Of a stretch of DNA of 64,000 nt, positions 38,598 through 52,389 are shown in pieces. The stretch lies in the NCBI GenBank assembly GCA_964234715.1, contig OZ174289.1. One strand, given 5' to 3'. The position numbers and the translations under genes were made by a program. The first letter of the stretch is position 1; each line of letters begins with the position of its first letter. The notes beneath the pieces were generated by a model. It was not told where the DNA came from, did no database searches, and saw only the letters and a program-made list of their open reading frames with translations. Source of the stretch: Podarcis melisellensis. Its lineage: Eukaryota.

Positions 38598-40871
38598 TTC
38601 AGAGTCTTCCTATTCCACCTAAAGGTATTAAATTATTCAGCAATTCTAAGTTTATTCTTATGTGAAGATGACTCACCAATCAATGCTGTTCTGCAGGGTA
38701 ACTTTGTTTACTTTTAAATTCAAATTCATTTATCACAGACTGTACTTTTACAGTCCATTACAATTAAACTCCAAATTTACACACACGCGTGTGTGTAGTG
38801 GGTTCTGGCCCAGAAACATTAAATCACTATTAAAAAAATTAAGTCTTATCATTCAACTGCATTTTTCTGGCAATTTGCCCTGTAATTCCAAGATGGTAAA
38901 AATGGTATGGTTCCCCACCACCACCACCACTTTTCCTTTTCATTAATCAACAAGATTTTAGGGATGGACCATTCTTCCTGGATAATGGAGATTTAAAATG
39001 CCCCCAAACAGTGTGGGCTACATCAAGGAATTCCTGTCCTTACTCTGCCAAGGCAATTCTCCTGACCTAGAATTTGTGGTGGCAAATCAAAGGCATACTG
39101 GCATCATGTAGTGAAAGAATCCAACGTGGCAGCATCTTTTTTCAAGATACAGCAGCAATCCTGGTGCAAATCAGGAATCACTCCTATGAAGTCACCATTT
39201 CTTTAAGCACTCCCTATTTGTAGCTATGATTCTCTTACCTTATCTGTGTTAATTGTGCAATGCATCAATATGATGGACTCATTTGGGACTTAATTTTCCT
39301 CTTTATTATTCTTCCCAAATAAAGGACAATGAAAGATGAACAAATGGGAGGGACTCAGATTTGCGATAGTAAAATTAGTGATTTAAGAAAAATGTTTCTG
39401 CACAATTTAATTATTGCCCTCTGATTCAAAGTTCTTTTATCTGGTTTCAAATACAGCTAGAGTGCATGCCTCATTCGCTGTACAATAAAACTATAATATA
39501 GAGCTCCTGACAGATTCCATCTATCTATTAAGGTGGTACTACTGCTGAAAAATATCAGCTAAAATACGTAATTCAAGCAGTATTCTGGCACTGAAGTATC
39601 AGCTAATCAGTCTTTAAGGCTATGATGCTCAAAATCTTGAAGAATGAGCAAACATCTCTTTATCAAAAGAGAATGAATTATCACTGTGGTTTTGGTAAGT
39701 CACAGGAACTTGGCTTATCTCAGAAGACTGGTTATTATTAATAGGCAGTTCCTAAAGCTCCTTAGCTCTATATGGTCTCTGCCTGAATTTAATGAAGACA
39801 GGTCAGATATTTTTCACACTTCTTTTCACCCACAGCATCTCTAACAGGATTTCTATGTATTTGGTAGTTAATTATATCAGGGACCACACCAAGCACACTA
39901 ATCCTTCTTCTGTCTCTTTAAGCAGTTAGACATGCTTGATCAAGGTATTTTTCATTTATACAGCTCCCAGCAATGCCATCAACATTGTCAAACTTACAAA
40001 ATAGCCAGATTTAGCTAATTAAGCAATGGCTGAAGCCCAATTCAAACCACTGTAAGTCTGAAATAGGTCCATTTTGAGCCTAACACTGATTGCGTACCTT
40101 ATTATTTATTAATTTACATATCACATATATAACAAAATTGCTTCTGAGCAATTTACAACTACAAAATCAATCCATAATTCAAATACACAATAATATGAAA
40201 ACTTCCTTATAAGAGCTGGCATCATCACATCCTGTAGGTCTAGAAGCATATCTACATAGACTATGTATGACAAGAGGTACTGTTGTTACAAGTAACCATG
40301 CCACCTGTCCATCCACATTACTCTTACTCAAACGTATTTAGGGAGTAATGCTAGATACTACCCAACAGTGGCAACCATGACAATTTTTATATAAAGCTTT
40401 TAGTACCAGAAAAATCTATGCTACAGTTTAATGAAATGTGCCCTTTAAAATGATTAAATAAACTCTGGAAACAGTTTATTTAAGAAATCACCAAATACAT
40501 AAAATAATTAATGGAAGTAAATAATTATTTTATGTATCTGGTGATTTCTTGAATTTCTTTGGGATTTAAGCACTCTCAAGTATTTCAAATCTAAACCTTT
40601 TGGCAAAATCAAAAACTGGAAGAGGATTTCATTTCAGAACTAGAATTCCACTCTTCCACCTACCCTCAGATTAAATTTAACCAATATTTTGAAATATGTA
40701 AATGAACTAAGATGATGTAACATGGCAGTTTCTGAAAACCCACTATCCGAAGTCATGCATGCATGTTTGTATGAAACAGGGCATCAGGAAAGGATCCTCC
40801 ATAAGCAAATACCACCCTCCCAATAACTACAGCTACGGCACTAGCTAAAGTATGCAGTGATAATTCTATGG

Positions 40872-41076
40872 CAGAGCTTTCCAAACGTTTCATGTTGGTG
40901 ACACACTTTTTAGACATGCATGATTTCGTGACACGGTAATTCAGTTTTACTAGCCAACCAGAGGCTAGACTAACACCTTTCCAGCCCTGGGAGGAGTGTG
41001 GGAAATGTTCACACAATACACCTACACACTGCAGCCAACACACTAAAATGTCCTGCGCACTGTTTGGAAAGCTCTA
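40872..41076. mobile_element. hAT MITE, 205 bp
   Basis: TIR CAGAGCTTTCCAAAC / GTTTGGAAAGCTCT(A); perfect 8-bp TSD TTCTATGG at 40864-40871 and 41077-41084. Confidence 0.87.
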
Positions 41077-43482
41077 TTCTATGGTATCTTCTATCTGAAT
41101 TCTCTTAAAACTGCTATTTTGAGAGATGGCTTTCAAACTCCATTTTCAAAGCCTTTCACCTGAATATTCCTAACCACAGTTCATAGTGGTTAATTCTTAA
41201 CAAGATTATTGTCTCTCAATTTCTTTTTGCTTGCAGCAACCTATCAGCATTACTCTGTTCATCTTCTTTTGCTATAAACATGCTAATATAAAGTGCTAAA
41301 GCTTGGTTCTGTTTCCTTTAATACAATATTCTGCGATGGAGAACATGAAAGGTGATTCAACAGTCAATTCTTTTAGTTGCTTATCTGTAATGAACTATAA
41401 AATGGACAGAAACTTTTTATATAGAGCAAGAATAATATTTATATTAATGTGAAATAATTTACCTTTTGAGTATATTATGGCTCAGTATTTAAGTTATTCA
41501 TTTTAGAAGACTGGTATAATACAAACAGAGGAACAAAGCAACCGCTTTGATATTTTTCAAGACAGTTCCACTGATGTATCTTTGTTACAATGAAAATGTA
41601 TAACCAGCAATACAAATTATTAAAACATACTTCAATCTTCATCTGCAGTATGTCACTTTACTACCTACAGGAGTGTATGTGTTAACACTGCAATAGCTGA
41701 AACACTAACATTTTTGACTAGTTTAAGTTCCTAAGAACCAAAACAATTCTATTCTATATGAAGCTAAAGAAAAATCTCAGCCTGTTTTCAGCACACAAGA
41801 ACTGAACACTGCTTCAAACCTTTATTTCCTGCTCTTTTTTAAAAAAAGCAGGCTTCGTTTACTTTGAGAGGCAACAAATTGCACAAAAGCAAAGAAAAAT
41901 GTTTCAACTGTAGCACTTTGTGCCTGGTTTGCATTTAAACCAGCTTCATTTCTGAAGTGTGTTCTGGAAACACATTCTGAGGAAATTCATTGTTCTACTT
42001 TCATGTTTTATTGTGTTAAATCTCTCACTGAAATTATAACTCAATTTTGCACTATGTCTGAATATATAAGGAACTGTCAAATCTGCTCCCAGTGAAAGAT
42101 TACAGCAGTTCTGCTGGTATGGGGCTCTAGTTTCAAATTGCTACCTCCACTACCAGTAGTTCTATTGCCTTCTGCATTGGGCTGTTTGTGTTCACTTTTC
42201 ACCAAAATCCACCCTAGATCAAGGATGTATATCAAGGAAAGAAATGGCAATAAGTAGCAAGCTCTATAGACAACTAGCTTTAACAGACATTACTACTAAG
42301 ATTTAAACAATAAGCATTTTTACATTTAAGTCCTAATGTTTATTTATTTCTTAAGTATATATACCACCTTTCTGCCAAGACATGGAAGGCAGATTACTAT
42401 TTTAGCACTAAAATATATGAATGTTATAATATGAACAGTTGGTTAGGTGTTTGGTGGTGGAAGGGACAGTCCAGATGAAGTAGGCACTGATGTTGACTAG
42501 CTGCCTCCTTTGCTTTCTTTTTCCTTTCCCCAAGGCAGCTGTGATAATGTCATGGAATAATTGCCTTAAAAACCTGTTAAACAGCAATGTGATAGATATT
42601 ATCCTGATTGGGGGAAAGAACAGGATCCGGTCAGCAGGCCAGATTCTGAACTACCCAACCCCCTGCAGGACACTTTAATAGGTAAGCCAACTTCAGAAAC
42701 AAAAACTCTTAAGTGTGCTTTCAAATCTTTTCCTTCCTTTCTTTGCCACTCAGCTTGAGTTCAGACTGTTGATGCAAAGAAAAATGCTCCTTTGCAACTT
42801 GGATTGAACTCAAGTCATGCTGCAAAGGAAGATCCCTGTAGCCAATACCAGCAGGGTTTGCAATCAGTACAGATCGGATCAGCATGGATGGCAATCTCTG
42901 CTTTCAGCAGGAAGAGGCTGCACTCCAGGGCTTCTGATCTGGAACCACACGGTTCTTAGCTTTCATGATGTAAGATAGTTAGGATATATATGTAAGAAAA
43001 ATGCAAAAGGTGTGCACTCCCCCCCCCCCCCCGCCCTTTTGCAGTAAGAAGCAAGAAAACCATTTTCACTGGATACTAGGGGGTGGAGATGGTAACCAAG
43101 CCCAGCAAATGCTGAATACTATATTCAGGCCCACATCACCCCCAACCCAAATATCACAATGAGAAGTAATTCATTACTGTCTGACAATAGAAATTACTAT
43201 TTTCAAACTATTGCACTTGCCATAATGAAGTTTTAATTTTGCTACTTAAGGCTGCATCTGAACTTTAAAAAAGCAGATTTGTTTAGGAAATCTGGAATAA
43301 AAAGTTGCATTTTAATGTAAGTTTACAGTATTGTTCTAAATTTGCATGCCAGAAATGCATTATACATATCAAAGAGACATTCAAGAGGCCAATACAAGTA
43401 CAATAATTGCAAACAATATGCACAGTTTCCCAAGTGTTATATTGTGGATCTGCAAGTGGTGACAGACTGCAGTGGTACTCAC

Positions 43483-43503
43483 CGGAACTTTATTTCCGAT
43501 AAT
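43483..43503 (-). CDS. DIAPH2: DIAPH2 21-nt alternative microexon: IIGNKVP
   Basis: tgcatgcag|ATT ATC GGA AAT AAA GTT CCG|gtgagt; phase 0-0 between ...SATAKS and GGLKNS...; resembles the IVGSKV(T/L) insert I recall from mammalian DIAPH2 isoforms; upstream pyrimidine tract and TACTAAT branch-like site. Confidence 0.85.
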
Positions 43504-45179
43504 CTGCATGCAGTGATCAACGGAGAGCAGTAATAAGAGATAAATAAAAAAAGCAGAATTAGTAAGCTGAAGCATTTCACACAAGTAGCCAAGAGATTAG
43601 TAGTTAGTAACTGTTAATGATATTTAATGTTAAAACATAGAATATATTCACAGAGTCATTTCAACAAGCTGAAAAACAAAATACAAACTGAATTATAATT
43701 GTATACTTCCAGAACATTTTAATATGAAGAAATGGGCTTATTTGGCTAGGGATATGTTATTTATTAGTTCATGCATACAGAAGAACTGAAAATGCTTATT
43801 TATTAGGCACACATTTAATACCTGCCATCAAAATTAAGCACACTCTTTTGAGTATCGTTTTATAAAAGTGGCATACTGCAGCAAATAACTTAATTTCCAG
43901 CAGTACTTTCATTATTTTCCACAAAAAATACTGTATTGAGGAGATGCCTGTAATACCAGCATTTTAATTTGGATGGTACTTCACTTGAATTAAAGAAACC
44001 CATCTGAATGTTTAAGTGCTTAAATGTAACGCATTGGAGTAATGTTTTTTCCAACATGAAATCTTATGTATTTCTCATCTCAAACTGGGAATTTGTTTTT
44101 AGAACTATCAGGGTTTGTGACAGGGGACAAGTTATTGCCCTACATCTCTCCTTTGCACTGATGTCCAAGGACATGGGATTGATTGATGAAAAATATGCAA
44201 CCCTGAATTGGGACAAACTAGCACTAGACAGTAAATGAATAATTATCTAGCAGGCAGTTATATACAGCTCTTATGGCACATGCAGATGTATGTTCTACAA
44301 CAATTATAGAAACATAGTGGCTCCTGTAAGTGGTCCCACCCCCAATTGCCACAAGTGTGTCTGCAGGATGACCTTGCCCGAAATGGGTGGGTGGGTGGGT
44401 GTGTCAGTAACAGATTTTCTAAACAAGTAAGTTGTCTCACTGCAAATTTTTTTTAGGAAGTGGTCTAATTGTTGTAATCTTATGTAAACTGTTTTGTGAA
44501 GACCACCTGAAAAGCCATAGATAAATACCGTAAATAAATTAAATAAAAGTGCAACACAACTGGCCACAACTGCTGGATAATAATAGAACAGCATTTTGCT
44601 ATGTACTTAGGCATTCCAACAGTCAATGCAGACAACTGCTATTGCACCAACACTGAGAACTTCGTGGTAGACCTGCCTGCTGCCTCATCAGAAAAGCATA
44701 GTCACATTACTACGTAGAGAGCATTTCTGAGTAAAGTAATATTTTTGATTTGCAGAAGGCACCAGTTTTATCTTGAACCCTTGATATAAACCAGATTCCC
44801 ACCTCACCCTATGTTTTAATGCCTTTCATTTCCTAAGAATGAGCCATAGTCAGGTAATAGAAGCAGTGTCAAAATCAGTATGTCTAAAGCAATGCCCAGT
44901 TCTCAAGCACCCACTCTAGTATTTTAACTGATTTAAATATTGAGTTATATTCTGAAAACACACCTAGAAACCTTATGGTGCACAGTGGGTAAAATTTATC
45001 CGAAAAATAAATTATAATTTCTCCACTTCCTGTATCCCAAATTGTGCTAGCAGGCCAGTAATTTTGGGAATCAGATACCAGCATGGACACTCACCCACAA
45101 TTCAAATAATATTTTCTGCATATAATTGTAGCAATAGGACTGCTCTATTTGGGTATTTTGAAATGTATGAATTGGAGTA

Positions 45180-45420
45180 CAGTGGTACCTCGTGTTATCA
45201 ACTTAATTCGTTCTGGAGGTCTGTTCTTAACGCAGAGCCATCCTTAACCTGAGGCGGCACTTTCACCAATGGGGCCTCCCCTGCCGCCGCACCACCAACA
45301 CACGGTTTCAATTCTTATCCTAGGGCAAAGTTCTCAACCCGAGGTACTACTTCCGGGTTAGTGGAGTTTGTAAACCGAAGTGTTTGCAACCCAAAGCATT
45401 TATAACCCGAGATACCACTG
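45180..45420. mobile_element. Tigger/pogo-like Tc1/mariner MITE, complete
   Basis: TA|CAGTGGTACCTCG ... CGAGATACCACTG|TA. Confidence 0.88.
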
Positions 45421-47366
45421 TACTGAATTGGCACATAACAGAGATAGGTAAGGGAGATAACAGATTAATCAGCATACTTTTTAAAATAAAATCATGCAAA
45501 CTGTCAAAGTCAGATAAGTGTTATCAGTAAGAGAAGAATGACAACATGCTTCATATAAGGCTGGCTCCAAGTTTAAGGGTCACAGTTAACAGTAATCTGT
45601 GCTAGACAGCTGGGGTACCCAACTGGGATTGTAGAGGTTGATGGGCAGTGGGATGACAGGTCTTTGAGAGTGGGCTATATATCTCTTGCACCTTCCCCTC
45701 ATGTTTTGAGATGTTTTGTTTCAACTCTGCATATATGTCATTTGGGTGCAATGCAAGGCTAAGTTCTGGTGAGACCCCTGGCTAGCCACATTTGTTTCCC
45801 AAAGGCATATAAATTAGTATATGCAAATTGCACTTCCACCCCAAGTTTTTTAAGTATGTAGCAACACGGGGTGGGGTGGGGGTGGCTATTTTAATTTCCA
45901 CATCACCAAGTATGTAAACATAAATGTAAATAATTAAAATGGTGAGTGGTTCACAGATCCAATCATCCAGCATGGATAGAGAGGGGGCAAGTGTAAGAAA
46001 TGGGGTGTCAACAGCTGCCCAAGGACCCCTGGTACCAACACCTGTCCTGGCTATCAAAGAAATGTTTTTAAATTCCTTAAGATCAAGGTCACAGTAGAAA
46101 ATAATGGCAAGTTACTGCACCTCACTGACACGTATTCATTTGTTTTTCAAACAGTACTCTGCTCAGTAAGATGCAGTTTGTGGACAACTTTACAGCTGAG
46201 ATTTTGCTATAAACATTGCCCCCTCTAGCTACACTTTTCTTGGCCTAGAGTTGGCTGGCAGAGTTTGGTTTAGCACCAAGTTCTGAAAAATGTGTTTGGT
46301 ATACTAACTATTCTTGTGTACTACTAAAAAATGGTGTGTGCTTTCTCCCTTCTAAAGCAAAGTTGGCATTAAAGTTATTGTACAAAGCACCACACTTGAA
46401 GAAACAGTTGTAGTTATTCATCCTCTGCCCACTCCCCTTCCCACCCCCCAGTCAGATAATGTACAGATTTCTTCCAGCTTTCTTTTCTCTCATCTGAAGA
46501 GCTGCTGCATATCAGAATGTTACTTATTAGACTTACATTTCAACCACGTGAAGCATATGCTAAGTTTGGACATAACTGGCAGGACATTAAAAATAAATAA
46601 ATCTTAAAGCTGGCACACCAAGCTGCTTTACTAATACAAGACAAAAAGCCATGCTACAACCTCTGGAAAAAGTATACCTTTATTATTCAGTGTTCAACTT
46701 AACTTTACGATCCTGAGATACATAACCATGCATAACTACCACATGTTTGTCCTAATCTGGCCTTTGACATGCAAGATGTATATTTTTAGGACCCACTCTA
46801 TTCTTGTAATTTGTTTTAGAATGTTTTAATGTTGTATCTTAAATTGTTGTGACCTACTCAGAGCCTAGGGCTTGCTGAACAGATGGTTGTCTCATGCTAT
46901 GAGCAGTTTCCAGTTACGAATGGCCCTCCAGAACAGATTAAGTACGTAACACGAGGTACCACTGTATTGTCAGTGCAATAGTATCCATTTGTAGTAAGGT
47001 TACTGGTTACTCAGTAACTAAATTACACTCAAACATAGAGCACAGGTACCCACTAAATTTGCAGTTGAACGGGCGAAATAAACTGTAGCATGGAAGACAG
47101 TAGCAGTAGATGATCAATTATTCACAGTGGAGCAGGTAAGGGGTCCTTACCCCAGCCCAGCCCACCACCGCCACCAATTCCTCCTACAATCCTTAGTAAT
47201 AATGGCTGCTTTGGATCTTTTCTTCGCTCCCAAGGAGATGAAGAGATCACAGAATTTGGACTCTATGACTGAGCTGCCATCCACCCCAAACTGACTATTG
47301 TAAGAGAAGCTTTGGAGCATATGGGGGTGGGGACAAAAGCAGTGATTTGCAGGTGGCTACCAATAA

Positions 47367-47664
47367 GGGATGCGGGTGGCGCTGTGGGTTAAACCACAGA
47401 GCCTAGGGCTTGCCGATCAGAAGGTCAGAGGTTCGAATCCCCGTGACAGGGTGAACTCCCATTGCTTGGTCCCTGCTCCTGCCCACCTAGCAGTTTGAAA
47501 GCACATCAAAGTGCAAGTAGATAAATAGGTACCGCTCCGGCGGGAAGGTAAACAGCGTTTCCATGCGCTGCTCTGGTTCACCAGAAGCGGCTTAGTCATT
47601 CTGGCCACATGACCCAGAAGCTGTACGCCGGCTCCTAATGGTCAGGGGTCCCTTTACCTTTACC
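47367..47664 (+). mobile_element. Sauria SINE with internal deletion near the 3' end
   Basis: GGGATGCGGGTGGCGCTGTGG head, GGTTCGAATCCC box B, (ACCTTT) tail. Confidence 0.9.
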
Positions 47665-50600
47665 CTGGGACCTTAGGGTAAAGGGCAGGTACAAGTAAAA
47701 TAAATTGGATTCACTAAATTTATCCTGAAAAAACAATATGGTTGATTTACCATAAAAAGGTTAGACTTTAAGGCCACTTAAGTGAACAAAGAAGGATTTT
47801 AATCAAGCCTCTCTAGTCCTGGTGTACCCATTATACCTCACTGACTTATACACACTTAAGCTTCCTCAACATCCTTAGTTCCAATGTTCACCAGTGAGAG
47901 CAAGGAGTAAGGTTACACTGTATAGCTCACTTCTCATGCACTGTATAAGTGTCTCTAAAAATTGGGCATTATATAGTTGTACATGTAAAGGTTTATTCTG
48001 GATCAGGAACCCCAACCTTTCAGAGTTCTAGATCCTAGTGAAGTCCCATTCCCATAGTCCTTACTCTCATGTTGGTCAACACAAAGCAAATATTGCCCCA
48101 ATTAGGATTTTACTGCTATGTAAAAATAAACTGGAATGGTTATATGAATTATTACAACAAAGTAGTATATTAATGCAAGGTTAGGAACACAGTTCTAATC
48201 ATTATTTAAAGATGATGATCTTTCCCCATACAAATACATCCTAAAAAATAGCTTTAAACCCTTCACATTATTCTTACCAATAATACTTTTAAATCCTGAT
48301 GAAGTTCAAGCAAAATATTTTCAGTCTATTATCCTATATTTTTGTTTTAATGAAGCTGTGAATTGCACAACTGAATTATATTGAGTAAGATGTAATGCCT
48401 TCAACTCAGATTTTTAAAGACATGTGTATTAGGCCCGTGTGTCCAATTAACAAAGTGGCTGCAATGTGTATTTTCACTCATAACAGCTGAGATCAACAAA
48501 TAAAACAAGTTATTTCAAATAAATTTAGTCATGTGTAGTTTAAGTTTGATTGTGTGTGCTGTTACACTGCCTCAACTTTGGAATTCTCTCCATTCTGCTC
48601 CACATTTATACACAAATTGGGCAAACACAAATATAATCTCATTTACTACTTCATTTTAATACATGATTATTCATGCACTGTTATCTGCATTTTGCACTCT
48701 GATTTAGTTATGTAGAATGATTATATTTCTGCCTTTAGGTATTTGAAAAATAGTACTGAATATGCAAGCTTGGGTTTCCCAAAGCACTTTACTATAAACA
48801 ATAACTTGAATACAAAACTGGGAAAAGATTCATTGGAATTTCAAAGTAAAACCGTGCACATCATGTAATTCTACTGAAATAAGGCTAGTGGCAAATTTCA
48901 CTTATCACTTGGAAACATATTTCTGCCCTTGGATACCCAGGCAAATTAGAAAGCATGCAGCTAGTATGTCTGGATAGTGCTACAATGTGTGACTTAAGTT
49001 GACATTCAACAGCTTGTAAAGGAGTGCCACAAGAGCTGAAGGAACAAATGGATTAGACATTAACTTCAGGTGGTTCTCGGCAACTGCTATGTATTGTGAA
49101 TGTTTTCCTTAAAGGAAAGCGAGGAAGTGATCAAGAGACATGCATGAAGACATGCATAAAATCTCTTTAACATTGGATTAAACCTAAAATCCTAAATAGT
49201 TTTACTCAAAAGCAATCTCTGTTCACTCACTTCTAAGTAACATTTAAGGATAAAGGTGTCTGTCGCATGTATGTTCAAAAATGTTTTAAATGGATACTGT
49301 GAAAATGATAAATTCATGCATCCTTTTATTTTCCTATTAAAAGAACAAGTTGGTAAACCACAGATGGAAATCTTCAGACCATCAGACCTCCTCATTTGGG
49401 GACAAAATCCAGTTCAGCTAAGCACCTGGCCTACATGACATACAACATCAGGTGTTCAGCAGGTAAAAACCTGGATCAGCCAAAGTGGTTTGCAGGCCCA
49501 ATCAACAAGCTCTTCAGAGCACCTGCAAATATCTGCACAAAGGACTTCACATGACCCAACGGTCTCCTGCTTGTTGGGTCCTGAAAACTCCCTTGCAGAA
49601 CATTCTACAGTGGGGTCTTGCACAGCATTCAGCTGATTGCCGCAGAGAACTCTGATACTTTGCATGATTTCTCAACAAAATGTGTGGGCAAAAAAAGTTA
49701 GGTTAGGTAATGTCATTGTGATTAACAGGTGTGTGGCCTCAACTGCCTGTCATATTTGGTCCATGGGTGTGTGAAAACAATCTGGTCCACTGTAGCTCCG
49801 CCAGCTCTGAGGTAGTCAACGGTCAGCGGGGAAATATACCTAGTGGGGGGAAATGCTTCCTCACTTAATGGAGAACTTCAGCATCATAAGACTTCACCTT
49901 TAAAAAAATTAAGAGTTCTTTGTATGCTCATTGAAAGTCAACATTCATTGAACATACAAATATGGTATTCTTATGAAGACACTTAAACTGTCCCACTTTC
50001 ATACTTGGAATGTGACACTGTGCCCGTTTCAAAGCCTAGAAGAGCAGATTACCTAACAAACTATACATATTGTCCCATGAAAAGCAACGGGTTATTTCAT
50101 GGGAAGGAAAGCTGCAAACTAGAATTCAACAACCTCAATCTAGGTCACTAAAGTGATGTTTTATTATTATCATCGTCATCAGGTGTTTATTATTTCCCAC
50201 TACTTCTGCAATTAGAATCACTGGTTAGGTTTCAAAGAACCATTTATGTATGTATATGAGTGCAGGGATGTAGTTATTGTGTTGTTTGTTATGTTATTAT
50301 GTTTGTGTTTTTATACTGTAAACTGCTCTGTGATTCTTGGATAAAGGGTGTTAAATAAATTTAATTAATTAATAGTAACAATAATAATGCAAGCAAAAGT
50401 CATTTTTCACAGTAGTTCCTTGCTACATCAAATAATTTAGTGAAGCTGTCCTAATAGGCTGTATATGGGACTGCCCTTTGAATGAATCAATTTGAAAGCC
50501 AGAAACTACAGAAACTAGGACAGCCAGCCAGTACCAAAGAACATGGTTTGAAACTAAGATACTTTTACACCTTGTTTTCAAATTACTATCAGCATCTCCC

Positions 50601-50924
50601 ACATTTGTGGCATTTACTGTGTAAGAGATACTGAGAAAAGCCCTAATGATTATTCTGGAGCAGTGGATTTAGGATACTTAATGGTTTACAGTAAAGACAG
50701 CATCATGTTTTAGATTACCAAGCAGTTGTGAAATATGTAATACATTCTAATTAAGGCTTTTATCCATCGTTGAAGGCATTTTAAAGGATTTTATGAAGAA
50801 AGCTTTGTAAGCACTCTAGGAAGGATAAACTAAAGCAGAAATCTGAAGATTTGAGTTGAAACTGCAGATGATGTTAAGAGTATTAGTCTGACCTATCTTT
50901 GAGGGTAGAAGACTTCCTACTTAC

Positions 50925-51029
50925 AGATTTGGCAGTTGCAGAAATGTACTGGACAACCATCTCACGTTTTGTGGTCAAGTCCTTATTCCGTAAAGGAGCT
51001 TTTCGTTCTTCATTCAGGTTCATGTCTTC
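50925..51029 (-). CDS. DIAPH2: DIAPH2 exon (equivalent to human exon 4), 105 nt: EDMNLNEERKAPLRNKDLTTKREMVVQYISATAKS
   Basis: ttacag|GAA...AAA TCT|gtaagt; phase 0-0; GBD motif EDMNL. Confidence 0.96.
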
Positions 51030-52212
51030 CTGTAAGTAAATAATCATAACGTTGCCAGGATTGGATTAATATTTCATAGTTTCAGTTAATCTTCATGAGT
51101 ACAGATGCTAAGAATTGCTCTATGTTTAAAGAGAAAGGAGGGATGACTGGTTTACTCTAGACAGGCTATTTCACATCATCATCCTAAGCTATCTGTTTAT
51201 ATGAGCAACATTAATGCACAATTTCCAGCATGCTCATATACACACATGCTCAATGCTAAGCAACAGAATGCAACAAGTCCAGTAGTGCAGTTAACTGCCC
51301 AAGTAATAATTTGGGGTATAACTCTTCACTCAAGAGCTATTGGCCGAGTACACACATCTCAGTAAAACAAAATAAACTATGTTTTAATGTGAGCATGCAG
51401 TGACCTGGTGCACACAGCTGGAATTTTGGTCATTTCACTCCTCTCTTGGTGCACCTATGAGGAAACAGGTTAGAGTCTGGTTTGTTATGTGGAAACCCAA
51501 ACTTGTATTTCGTTTCTCAAAAAGACCACAAGTAGTAAGCAATTTTAAAAAAATTGACTTACCACTTGTGTGGAGAAAAAAGAAACCACAAGCCCAGGTT
51601 CAAATGCAGTAACAACTTTAATTCTGGTCTGTTTCCTCCCTGGCAACAAAATATCAGGAGCAGAGAAGGTCCCATGGTTTCATCTGTGTGCATTAGCACA
51701 TTCACATTAAAACACAGCTTATTTTAACTATTTTAAAATGTTTCATGTAAACCAGGCCATAAACAAACTTCCTTCCATGATAACATTCCAGGTAAGGAAG
51801 CAAGCAATGACCTTGAGAAAGACACTGAGAATTGTCTCTCTATGATGACAATAGCTTTCCGCACCATAATCTGCATATACTGTTCATTCATTAGGCATCT
51901 CCACCACACTACAACTCCTGGCCACTGATTTATCTCAGTAAAAAATTCGGGGTAACATCCCCATGGCAACTGAAACGTGTCTTCCAGTCCTCTATCCAAG
52001 ACAATCAAATTAAAATGTACGTTGGAATATTCACACACTAATCTATCTCCTTCTCATTCACTATTTAATTAGTGTCTGCATTGGTCTTGGAGCAAGGATT
52101 AACCGTTTTGCTCAGAAGCTCAATAACAGATTTTCGACAACTGATAACACAGGAGTCTAATTTTATGTATTGTTCGCAATACAAACACATGCTTGTCAAG
52201 CAAAAAGCTTAC

Positions 52213-52389
52213 CATCATTTTTTCAAACAAATCCATAACTTCTTTTTCTGATAAATTCATTGAACGTTCATCAAATAGTGGCTGAGCCACTGGCAATTCA
52301 TTTATAGAAGCCTGGGAGTCAATGGGGTGCTGAATGAGAAGTTTCTCCTTTTTGACGCCCGATTTCCTAAAACTGGTTATTCTGTCACG
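52213..52389 (-). CDS. DIAPH2: DIAPH2 exon (equivalent to human exon 3), 177 nt: RDRITSFRKSGVKKEKLLIQHPIDSQASINELPVAQPLFDERSMNLSEKEVMDLFEKMM
   Basis: ttctgcag|CGT...ATG ATG|gtaagc; phase 0-0; contained in ORF 52120..52404. Confidence 0.96.

Noticed and set aside
41651-41668. Minus-strand 18-mer translating to VGSKVT, like the mammalian microexon
   Set aside because: No AG or GT at the required positions, and the nearby AG gives an in-frame TGA; the properly flanked microexon is at 43483-43503.
45095-45115. Another 21-nt AG...GTGAGT-flanked segment (KILFELW)
   Set aside because: Poor pyrimidine tract and no homology support; such matches arise by chance in long introns.
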